Assembly (NCBI GenBank): GCA_016196885.1
Contig: JACPWU010000032.1
Span: 1-32,000 of the forward strand
DNA from: Chlamydiota bacterium
Lineage (GTDB): Bacteria; Auribacterota; JACPWU01
Length of the DNA stretch: 32,000 nt
Direction of reading: 5' to 3'
The notes under the pieces were generated by a model. It saw only the letters and a list, made by a program, of their open reading frames with translations. It was not told the DNA's origin and did not search any database. The position numbers were made by a program, and so were the translations under genes. Below, one piece after another: positions 24,907-32,000 of this stretch (position 1 is the first letter of the stretch; every line of letters begins with the position of its first letter).

Positions 24907-26010
24907 ATGGCCCAAGTTCAGCTGAAAAACCTCAATAAGCTCTATTCCGGAAACATTGTTGCAGTTAAAAATCTCAATCTTGAGATCAAAGACAAGGAAT
25001 TTGTCGTCCTGGTCGGCCCCTCAGGTTGTGGAAAATCTTCTACCCTGCGCATGGTGGCCGGACTGGAAGAGATTACCCTGGGCGAAATTACCATCGACGG
25101 CCAAAGAATCAATGAAATCCCTGCGAAGGACCGGGACATCGCCATGGTGTTTCAGAATTACGCCCTCTATCCTCACATGACCGTTTATAAAAACATGGCC
25201 TTTGGCCTCATGTTGAGAAAATTCCCGAAATCCGAAATTGAACGCCGCGTGCGGGAGGCCTCCGAAATTTTAGGGATTCAGAATCTCTTGGATCGAAAAC
25301 CAGCCGCCCTCTCCGGAGGTCAACGCCAACGCGTGGCCGTTGGACGTGCCATTGTCCGCAAGCCCAAGGCCTTTCTCTTTGATGAACCTCTTTCGAATCT
25401 GGATGCGAAATTGCGTGTTCAGATGAGGACGGAAATCAGCAAACTTCATATTCGACTGCAGTCCACCATGATTTATGTGACCCACGATCAAGTAGAGGCC
25501 ATGACCATGGGGGATCGCATCGTGGTGATGAAGGATGGAGAGATTCAGCAGGTGGGGGATCCTCTGACCATTTATAACAAGCCGGCGAATAAATTTGTCG
25601 CGGGCTTTATCGGCAGCCCCCCGATGAATTTTATTGAGGGAGTGGTTGCGAAACGCGAAGGTTATTTATTTTTTAAAGAAGATCAGTTCCAAGTCAAAAT
25701 TACAGAGGGCATGTCTTCACATTTGAGTGCCTACCTTGACAAGAAAGTGACACTGGGCATTCGTCCGGAAGACATTTATGATAAATTATTTTTGGGGGAT
25801 GCCTCTCCTGACAACACCACCAAGGCCACTGTGGAGGTGGTGGAACCGATGGGTGCTGAACTCTTTCTCTATCTAAAGAAGGGGAAATTGTCCTTTGTCG
25901 CCCGTGTGGATACGAACCAAAAAGCCGAGGTGAATCAAGATTTGGAAATGGTTCTCGACATGTCCAAGGCCCATTTCTTTGATCCTGTTACGGAAAAGAC
26001 CATCGCGTAA
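24907..26010 (+). CDS. Sugar-type ABC importer ATP-binding protein (MalK/UgpC/MsiK-like). No adjacent permease or binding protein.
   Basis: [25 protein letters not shown] and [12 protein letters not shown], plus a C-terminal TOBE-like regulatory domain. The track start is TTG 24901, with ATG at 24907. Confidence 0.85.
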   Translation: MAQVQLKNLNKLYSGNIVAVKNLNLEIKDKEFVVLVGPSGCGKSSTLRMVAGLEEITLGEITIDGQRINEIPAKDRDIAMVFQNYALYPHMTVYKNMAFGLMLRKFPKSEIERRVREASEILGIQNLLDRKPAALSGGQRQRVAVGRAIVRKPKAFLFDEPLSNLDAKLRVQMRTEISKLHIRLQSTMIYVTHDQVEAMTMGDRIVVMKDGEIQQVGDPLTIYNKPANKFVAGFIGSPPMNFIEGVVAKREGYLFFKEDQFQVKITEGMSSHLSAYLDKKVTLGIRPEDIYDKLFLGDASPDNTTKATVEVVEPMGAELFLYLKKGKLSFVARVDTNQKAEVNQDLEMVLDMSKAHFFDPVTEKTIA

Positions 26011-26083
26011 AACAGTCGTGAGTGGTGAGTTTCAAAGGAATCATTTTGGGTGCCGGACTGTATTTTACAACCGTGCCTTTTCT

Positions 26084-27514
26084 ATGCCCACTCCCAACAA
26101 GATAAATCCCAAACTCCTCACCCGCCTCACGACCCTTCTTCTCATGATCGGCCTCTTGGCTCTTCAGCTTTTCACCAGCTGCCCCCGCCATCACTTCCCA
26201 AAGGAATGGGTTTCATTCTGCCCCATCCTTTATTTGAGCTGTATTTTGCTTGCAAGCCTGGGCTTTGGAGTTCTCGGTACTTTTATCACCTCTACGGTGA
26301 GCCTCGTCCTCACAAGTTTTACCTACTTTAGAGCCCATATGGCGAGCCCCCTGGGATGGATTTTTGTCTTCGCCTCTTTCTCTATTACCCTGTACTTCTA
26401 TCTCACACGACACGAGAAGGAATTGATTCAAAAAAGGATTACACTCTCCAACCTTGAAGCTGAATGGAACCATCTCTCAAAAAAATATTCCAAGGACAAA
26501 GGGGTTTTGCGCTCTTACAAAAATAAAATCCACCATTATCATACCTTGAGACAACTGGGAGAAAAACTCATCAACACCCTTTCTCTCGATGAGACAGCGA
26601 AGAGAATTTTGGAAATTGCCTGTCAACTCATCGGGAAAGGAGATCTTGCTACCTTGTTCCTCCTGGATGACAATTTAAAAACCTTGACGCTCCTTCATGA
26701 GATCGATCTCGCGAAGGAGGGACCCTCTTTCCTCATTCAACCTGCAGACCCTTTCAATCAATGGATCTTGAACAACCGTCAAAATCTGCTCATTGAAGAA
26801 TTAAAATCTGACTTTCGGTTTGAAGAAAATGCGAAGAAGGGTTTGACCTCTTCTCTCATCGAGGCGGCCCTCACGACAGAAAATAAGCTGATCGGCGCCT
26901 TGCGTCTGGAAAGCCGAGAGCCCCACGTTTTTCAATTGGACGACTTACGCATGCTGGCCAATTTGTCCAATGTCGCTTCCACTTCCCTCAAGAATGCCAA
27001 GCTCTACAGCGAAACCCTTGAGCTTTCGATCAAAGACGGACTCACGGGGCTTCACGTCCCAACTTATTTTCATCAGGAATTGCAAAAGGCCTTTCTCCAA
27101 GCCCACAAGAATCATGAATCTCTTTCGGTCCTGATGGCCGACATTGACAATTTCAAAAGCATCAATGACCGCTATGGACACACCGTAGGAGATGGAATCT
27201 TGAAAAAGATTTCCGAAGTCTTTCATGAGGTCCTTGAGAAAAACTTCATCCCGAGCCGATACGGCGGAGAAGAATTCTCAGCGTTTTTCCCAGGCTGGCC
27301 CCGCGAGAAAACGATCACACTGGCCGAAAACCTTCGAAGAAAAATCCAGACCATCTCCCTTGAAATCAGAAGAGAAATTCTCAATGTGACCGTCAGCATG
27401 GGTATCTCAGAAATAAAACCGACTGATTCGAATAAAGACGAACTCATTCAGCGGGCCGATCAAGCCCTTTACGAAGCCAAAAGAACCGGGAAAAACAAGG
27501 TGTGTTATCAATAG
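26084..27514 (+). CDS. Membrane-anchored GAF-GGDEF diguanylate cyclase (no RxxD I-site)
   Basis: N-terminal TM segments, a GAF-like region (ILEIACQLIGKGDLATLFLLD), and GGDEF-domain motifs DGLTGL, DIDNFKSINDRYGH and RYGGEEF. The track start 25979 overlaps the upstream gene and crosses a repeat remnant, so ATG 26084 is preferred. Confidence 0.8.
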   Translation: MPTPNKINPKLLTRLTTLLLMIGLLALQLFTSCPRHHFPKEWVSFCPILYLSCILLASLGFGVLGTFITSTVSLVLTSFTYFRAHMASPLGWIFVFASFSITLYFYLTRHEKELIQKRITLSNLEAEWNHLSKKYSKDKGVLRSYKNKIHHYHTLRQLGEKLINTLSLDETAKRILEIACQLIGKGDLATLFLLDDNLKTLTLLHEIDLAKEGPSFLIQPADPFNQWILNNRQNLLIEELKSDFRFEENAKKGLTSSLIEAALTTENKLIGALRLESREPHVFQLDDLRMLANLSNVASTSLKNAKLYSETLELSIKDGLTGLHVPTYFHQELQKAFLQAHKNHESLSVLMADIDNFKSINDRYGHTVGDGILKKISEVFHEVLEKNFIPSRYGGEEFSAFFPGWPREKTITLAENLRRKIQTISLEIRREILNVTVSMGISEIKPTDSNKDELIQRADQALYEAKRTGKNKVCYQ

Positions 27515-27518
27515 AACT

Positions 27519-27792
27519 TTAACCCCTCAAGCCCCTCTTACATAAGAGGGGAGTTTGGCTCCCTTGTATAGGGGGAGCTTTTTGCCCTCAGACTGTCCGA
27601 AAATTCCCTCCCCCTTGTGACCGAGCCGGGTGCCGCAAAGCGGCCGGCGAGGAAGTGGTTGGAGCCCGTCAGGGCGCAAACCATGGGGAGGGTTAGGGAG
27701 GGGGTGGATTTGAGCTCACCCTCCCCTAACCCCTCCCATCAAGGGAGGGGAAAACAAGAGTTTTTCGGCCCAGCCTGAGTTGGAGGGGTTAA
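27519..27792. repeat. GC-rich, multiply nested palindromic intergenic block
   Basis: Closing stem TTAACCCCTC / GAGGGGTTAA. Inner hairpins are CCCCTCTTA..TAAGAGGGG, GCCGG..CCGCaaaGCGG..CCGGC, a ~20-bp GGGGAGGGTTAGGGAGGGGGTG / CACCCTCCCCTAACCCCTCCC stem, and CCCCTCCCatcaaGGGAGGGG. Confidence 0.7.
27558..27583 (+). terminator. Candidate intrinsic terminator after the first cyclase gene
   Basis: GCTCCC ttgtatagg GGGAGC followed by TTTTT. Confidence 0.45.
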
Positions 27793-27833
27793 AAAAACTG
27801 AATCATACACTGTTCCATTGTCATTCTTAACCT

Positions 27834-29168
27834 ATGCAAAGCATCATCATTACCCTGATCTGGTGTCTCACGCTGGTGATTGAGCTGGGGAGGCTCAAGA
27901 AATGGATGTACCTCATCCCCCTGGCCCTCACCCTTCTGTGGTTTTCCCTTCAGAGAGGAAATTCAACCACATTCTCCCTGAAGACGATTGTGTTCAGCCT
28001 TATTTGGCTCGGCTCTTGGCTCTGCCTTCAATTCCTTAAAAAAATTCACACCACCGCTTTAAAAAAGCTAGACCAAGAAGTGCGTGCCACTCAAGACAAA
28101 ATCCAATCCTTGGAAATGAGCGATACCATTCTTCAAGAAGAGGCAAACACGCTCGAAGGCAGTCTTTCCGAGAAAGAGGCCCTTTATGGATCTCTTGAGG
28201 AATTGAATCAAACACTGGAGTTTTCAAAAACGGTCGAGGTGTTTTCACAACTCATTTCTCGGCTCACCCATTTTGAGGAAGGGTGGCTTCTGGTGGAGAA
28301 CCTTTCCGAAGAGACTGCGTATCGTCCGCTTTGCTATCAACTTTTTCGAAACGAGAAACCTCTCCTTAAGAAGGGAAAACTCGAGGACATCCTCAACAAG
28401 GCAGAAAAAGAAATCCTAGAATTATCCAAAAAATCAGGAACCCCTGTTTTCATCAGTGATCCCGACAACGATGCTCGGTTAACCCATCCCGTCACACCCC
28501 CTCTTCTCGCGAGCCTCACAGGCATTGGACTCTTTCACGAAGAAGGAGGGCTTGGATGTCTCATCTTAAGTGGCTGTAAAAAAAGAGACCTCGAGGTACT
28601 TGAAATCTTGGCCATTCAACTCGCCATGGAAATTGAGAAATCTCTTCTTTACGAAAAGGTCAGAAGGCTTTCGATCATTGATGGACTCACCCAAATTTAT
28701 TTGAGACGACATTTGATTTCCCTTTTGGAGGATGAATTGAATCGTTTAAAAAACCAAGGGAAGTCGTGCTCTCTTTTGATGATTGATATTGACCATTTTA
28801 AGCACTTCAATGATGGCTTCGGCCATTTGGCGGGCGATATTCTCTTGAAAGAACTGTCCAGCCGCCTGCAAATCAATTTGAGGGCCATGGACTTGGTCGG
28901 CCGCTTTGGCGGTGAAGAATTTCTGATCGCCCTCCCCGAGACAACGATAGATGAAGCGGCCACCATTGCCGAGCGTATCCGAAGAGATGTCGAGGCAATG
29001 GAATTTCGAATCTATGGAAAAATTCTCAAGCTCACCTTAAGCATGGGGCTCGCGAGCTACCCAGAAGATGCCAAAAACCTCAATAGCCTGATTGAAATGG
29101 CCGATTCAGCTCTTTATCAGGCTAAGAACTCAGGTCGCAACCAGATTCGGCGCTGCCAAAAGACCTAG
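27834..29168 (+). CDS. Membrane-anchored GGDEF diguanylate cyclase with a coiled-coil/GAF-like sensor region and an RxxD I-site
   Basis: N-terminal TM segments, then DGLTQI, DIDHFKHFNDGFGH and RFGGEEF. RAMD lies five residues upstream of GGEEF. Confidence 0.8.
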   Translation: MQSIIITLIWCLTLVIELGRLKKWMYLIPLALTLLWFSLQRGNSTTFSLKTIVFSLIWLGSWLCLQFLKKIHTTALKKLDQEVRATQDKIQSLEMSDTILQEEANTLEGSLSEKEALYGSLEELNQTLEFSKTVEVFSQLISRLTHFEEGWLLVENLSEETAYRPLCYQLFRNEKPLLKKGKLEDILNKAEKEILELSKKSGTPVFISDPDNDARLTHPVTPPLLASLTGIGLFHEEGGLGCLILSGCKKRDLEVLEILAIQLAMEIEKSLLYEKVRRLSIIDGLTQIYLRRHLISLLEDELNRLKNQGKSCSLLMIDIDHFKHFNDGFGHLAGDILLKELSSRLQINLRAMDLVGRFGGEEFLIALPETTIDEAATIAERIRRDVEAMEFRIYGKILKLTLSMGLASYPEDAKNLNSLIEMADSALYQAKNSGRNQIRRCQKT

Positions 29169-29184
29169 CCAAAAAATTGTTATT

Positions 29185-29322
29185 GGCATATGCACTTGAT
29201 TCCCCTTAGATAGCAAGCGCCATGGCAAGAAGTTGTAGCCGCCCCATTCATGGGGCTGTGCCCCTTGCATGGGTTTGCCCGATGAATCGGGCGACTACAA
29301 AGGGGAATCAAGTGCATATGCC
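29185..29322. mobile_element. MITE-like element: 138 bp with 23-bp perfect terminal inverted repeats. It carries copy B of the ~70-nt three-stem repeat.
   Basis: GGCATATGCACTTGATTCCCCTT (29185..29207) is the exact reverse complement of 29300..29322. The direct repeat AAATTGTTATT flanks it at 29174..29184 and 29324..29334. Confidence 0.7.
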
Positions 29323-29337
29323 TAAATTGTTATTTCC

Positions 29338-29366
29338 TTGACAATTGTAAGAGAATCCTTTATGAT
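29338..29366 (+). promoter_or_regulatory. Sigma70-type promoter of the cold-shock gene
   Basis: TTGACA (29338..29343), an exactly 17-nt spacer, then TATGAT (29361..29366). This predicts a 5' UTR of ~80-85 nt, long as is typical of csp genes. Confidence 0.7.
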
Positions 29367-29455
29367 GGTTCCCGAGTTAAAAAGTAGGCCCAAGAAAGTG
29401 TGAGAAACAACTCACCTTAGGTAGACCGAAAGCTTTACTCAGAAAGGATTTAATC

Positions 29456-29659
29456 ATGGCCAAAGGCACTGTTAAATGGTTTAACGACCAAAAAGGCTAC
29501 GGATTCATTACCCCTGAGGATAATGGCAAAGATCTTTTTGTCCATTATTCTTCCATCATGGGCGATGGCTTCAAAACACTTCGCGAAGGCGAATCAGTGG
29601 ATTTTGAAGTAACCCGTGGTCCCAAGGGAGAACAGGCAACCAACGTTACAAAGCGCTAA
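29456..29659 (+). CDS. csp: CspA-family cold-shock protein
   Basis: [15 protein letters not shown] (RNP1) and DLFVHYS (RNP2). 67 aa, with an AGGA SD upstream. Confidence 0.95.
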   Translation: MAKGTVKWFNDQKGYGFITPEDNGKDLFVHYSSIMGDGFKTLREGESVDFEVTRGPKGEQATNVTKR

Positions 29660-29690
29660 GAAGCGATCATAACGAAGGTTACATTCGAAA

Positions 29691-29721
29691 CACCCTCTCA
29701 AATTTGAGAGGGTGTTTTTTT
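29691..29721 (+). terminator. Rho-independent terminator of csp
   Basis: CACCCTCTCAAAtttGAGAGGGTG hairpin followed by TTTTTTT. Confidence 0.85.
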
Positions 29722-29740
29722 GTCTTGTATCTTTTCCCTT

Positions 29741-29768
29741 TTGAACTTTTGAACCTTTAAGGTAGAAT
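29741..29768 (+). promoter_or_regulatory. Candidate promoter of the hybrid kinase gene
   Basis: TTGAAC (29741..29746), a 16-nt spacer, then TAGAAT (29763..29768). Confidence 0.4.
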
Positions 29769-29780
29769 GGCTTTTTGTAA

Positions 29781-31835
29781 ATGGGATGTGCTATGCCATT
29801 TGAAAAATTACGTGTCGGCCTCTCTTTAAAATTCATTCTCTTAACCACCCTTTTGATTGTACTGACCTCCTTGACATTGGGCCTTTTCTTTTTAAGAAGC
29901 AAAGAAAGGGATTATCTTGAATTCCTCAAGTCTCAGGGGATTTCCCTTTCCCGCACCCTGGCCTTTAACAGCGAGTATGGCGTTCTGACAAGCAATCGAG
30001 AGGTGCTCTCGAAGCTTGCGCAGGGCGTTCTTCAGGAAGCGGATGTTTCTTACTGCATCATTCATGATGGATCGGGACAAATCCTCGTCGAACTTTACCG
30101 AAGCGGCCCTCTCAAATTAAATCCGCCCGACTGGATTCTCGGAAACGCCCTTCAACTCAAACTCCCCGGGGAAGAGGCTCGCTCGCAAGATATCCCGACA
30201 GAAAATGGAACTTTAAAGGGCTTTGACGCCGCCACCCTTGTTAAAACCCGCCGCCTGGCCAAGACCCATGAAAGGGTCGAACTTCTGCCCGGTTATCTCG
30301 GGATTTTGGAACAAATCAAAAGAAGGCTCAAAATCGAGGGCCAAATCATCGAGGAAAAAATCGGGACTGTGCGAGTCGGGGTATCCCTCATCAACATCAA
30401 CCACGCCATTTCTAAAATCAAAAAGGCCATGGGCATGATCACCCTCGTGGTCGCCGTCGTAGGAATGCTCATCACCATTCTCTTGGTTCAATTGATCATC
30501 CAACCCATCCGGAGATTGGTTTACGGCACCCGGCAAATCGCCCGGGGGGACTTGAGTTATGAAGTACATGTCAATTCTAGAGATGAGATCGGAGAACTGG
30601 CAACTTCTTTTAATCAAATGACCATTTTCCTGCGCCGCTCCCATCGCCAAGTGGAAGAATATCAAAAGAATTTGGAACAAATGGTGGAGGAGAGAACTCA
30701 CAAGTTAAAAGAGACAGAGGCCGAGCTGATCCGTTCAGAAAAATTTGCAGCCATTGGAGAATTGATCACCGGGATCACGCATGAACTCAACAATAAACTC
30801 ACCCCCATCCTGGGCTACGCCCAAATTTTTAAAACGATGAAGCTCGATGAAAAAATTGCCAGATACATGGACATCATTGAGGAATCGGCGCTGAATGCCA
30901 AAAGAATCGTTGAATCCCTTCTGAAATTCTCAAGGAACACCCCTCCTCAAAAAGCTTATTGTAATCTCAATGACAAAATGAAAGAGACGCTCTCTCTTAT
31001 CGAACCCCATGTGCACAAAAACAACATTCAACTCAAAGTAGAGTTGGATCCCCAACTGCCCAGGACCATGGCGGATCCTTCCTTGATCGGCCAGGCCTTT
31101 CTCAATATCCTAAACAATGGCTGGCAGGCCATGGAGGAAAAAGGCGGAGAATTAGGGGTCAAGTCTTACAGCAAGGATGGAAAAATATTTTTCTCTGTGC
31201 AAGACAAAGGCATTGGAATTGCGAAAGAACATTTAACTAAAATTTTTGATCCCTTTTTCTCGACCAAAGAAGTGGGAAAAGGCACTGGGCTTGGGCTTTC
31301 TATTTCCTATGGCATTCTTCAAGGTCATGAAGGAAATATTCATGTGGAAAGTGTCCTTCATCAGGGATCCATTTTTACCATCGAATTACCCATCAAGACC
31401 CTTGAACATACCTCCCCTGAATACGTTACTTCCAAACAGGAAGAGACCCCTGTTAAAAAGGGCAAAATTCTGATTATCGAAGATGAGCCTTCTGTGCAAA
31501 ATTTGTTGGTGGACGCACTGGAGAATCATCACGACATTGCAACCGCCATGGATGGAAGAGAAGGCCAAAGAATCATTCAAAGAGAACGATTTGACCTTTA
31601 TGTGATTGATTTAAGAATGCCCTACATGGACGGGAGAGAACTTTACGCCTGGATTGAGAAAGATTTTCCGAGAGAGGCCAAAAAGGTGATTTTTATCACG
31701 GGTGACACCTACGACAAAAAAATACAAAACTTTTTAAGTTCTGTCCAACAACCCCAACTCAACAAACCCTTCCAAATCGTAACTCTTCAAAGCTTGGTCT
31801 CGCAAATGTTGGAGAAGACAGCGGACAGAACCTAG
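29781..31835 (+). CDS. Hybrid sensor histidine kinase (TM - extracytoplasmic sensor - TM - HAMP - HisKA - HATPase_c - receiver)
   Basis: HAMP PIRRLVYGTRQIARGDLSYEV...EIGELATSFNQM, H-box ITHELNNKLTPILGY, N box/G boxes NILNNGWQA, DKGIGI and GKGTGLGLS. The receiver has ILIIEDEP, DLYVIDLRMPYMDG and KPF. ATG 29793 is an alternative start. Confidence 0.9.
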   Translation: MGCAMPFEKLRVGLSLKFILLTTLLIVLTSLTLGLFFLRSKERDYLEFLKSQGISLSRTLAFNSEYGVLTSNREVLSKLAQGVLQEADVSYCIIHDGSGQILVELYRSGPLKLNPPDWILGNALQLKLPGEEARSQDIPTENGTLKGFDAATLVKTRRLAKTHERVELLPGYLGILEQIKRRLKIEGQIIEEKIGTVRVGVSLININHAISKIKKAMGMITLVVAVVGMLITILLVQLIIQPIRRLVYGTRQIARGDLSYEVHVNSRDEIGELATSFNQMTIFLRRSHRQVEEYQKNLEQMVEERTHKLKETEAELIRSEKFAAIGELITGITHELNNKLTPILGYAQIFKTMKLDEKIARYMDIIEESALNAKRIVESLLKFSRNTPPQKAYCNLNDKMKETLSLIEPHVHKNNIQLKVELDPQLPRTMADPSLIGQAFLNILNNGWQAMEEKGGELGVKSYSKDGKIFFSVQDKGIGIAKEHLTKIFDPFFSTKEVGKGTGLGLSISYGILQGHEGNIHVESVLHQGSIFTIELPIKTLEHTSPEYVTSKQEETPVKKGKILIIEDEPSVQNLLVDALENHHDIATAMDGREGQRIIQRERFDLYVIDLRMPYMDGRELYAWIEKDFPREAKKVIFITGDTYDKKIQNFLSSVQQPQLNKPFQIVTLQSLVSQMLEKTADRT

Positions 31836-31917
31836 CGTACAGCGGTCAGCGGTCAGCGGATAGAAAAAAACTTCATTCTACTGAACGCTAAACGCTGTCC
31901 GCTGTACGCTATTTTTT
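31817..31917 (+). terminator. Terminator-like hairpin built from heptanucleotide repeats (NNCAGCG units), followed by T6
   Basis: gacagcg|gacagaa|cctagcg|tacagcg|gtcagcg|gtcagcg, a loop, then ctgaacg|ctaaacg|ctgtccg|ctgtacg. AGCGTACAGCGG (31834..31845) pairs perfectly with CCGCTGTACGCT (31899..31910), followed by ATTTTTTAT. Confidence 0.7.
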
Positions 31918-31919
31918 AT

Positions 31920-32000
31920 CTACCTTTGGAGTTTCTTTTTCTTTCTTAGCGGAAGACTTATAACTGTCACTGCGATAATCTGTCGTGTAAAAACCAGATC
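31920..32000 (-). CDS. Possible 3' end of a convergent minus-strand gene (only 26 codons visible)
   Basis: The frame is open from 32000 to TAG at 31922..31920 (…DLVFTRQIIAVTVISLPLRKKKKLQR*). This is too short to assess. Confidence 0.2.
   Translation of the reverse strand, partial: DLVFTRQIIAVTVISLPLRKKKKLQR

Noticed and set aside
25979-26083. Upstream extension of the first cyclase ORF, overlapping the ATPase gene by 32 nt
   Set aside because: The extension reads through the GTGAGTG repeat remnant and has no membrane or domain character. ATG 26084 immediately precedes the first hydrophobic segment.
27600-27700. Possible c-di-GMP riboswitch upstream of the second cyclase gene (the strings CCGCAAAGCGG and GGGCGCAAACC resemble GEMM-I conserved segments)
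   Set aside because: From memory of the GEMM-I consensus, the two segments are in the opposite order, and I could not build the tetraloop/receptor architecture by eye. This needs an Infernal scan, so it is not claimed.

Overview
The window is bacterial, fairly AT-rich, and has no rRNA or tRNA gene, so I cannot assign a taxon. All functional calls come from motif recognition by eye, because no database search was possible.

Positions 1-24546 are almost entirely a co-directional minus-strand glycan (O-antigen, capsule or EPS type) biosynthesis and export array. It contains:
- seven GT4 and five GT2 glycosyltransferases
- a Wzm/Wzt ABC exporter whose ATPase carries a C-terminal extension
- a Wzx-like flippase and an SDR oxidoreductase
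- a B12-binding radical SAM enzyme
- a CE4 deacetylase-like protein
- a methyltransferase split by a frameshift
- one plus-strand Zn-ribbon C-methyltransferase-family gene
- a 928-codon minus-strand ORF (1-2785) for a large membrane protein. This ORF is absent from the supplied ORF track because it runs off the left edge.

Three toxin-antitoxin-like modules sit inside the array in the same orientation: DUF433/DUF5615, an NTase-HEPN chimera, and VapBC.

Positions 24.9-31.8 kb are plus-strand. They carry an orphan MalK-like ABC ATPase, two TM-GAF-GGDEF diguanylate cyclases, a CspA-family cold-shock gene with a clear promoter and terminator, and a hybrid histidine kinase.

The signals the genes do not explain are:
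- a family of hairpin elements whose arms are tandem heptanucleotide repeats (units differ between copies, loops are related)
- heptamer arrays translated at both ends of one GT4 gene
- a G7 homopolymer frameshift
- a 138-bp MITE-like element with 23-bp perfect terminal inverted repeats and flanking direct repeats
- a roughly 70-nt three-stem repeat present in two inverted copies
- a roughly 270-nt GC-rich, highly structured spacer between the two cyclase genes
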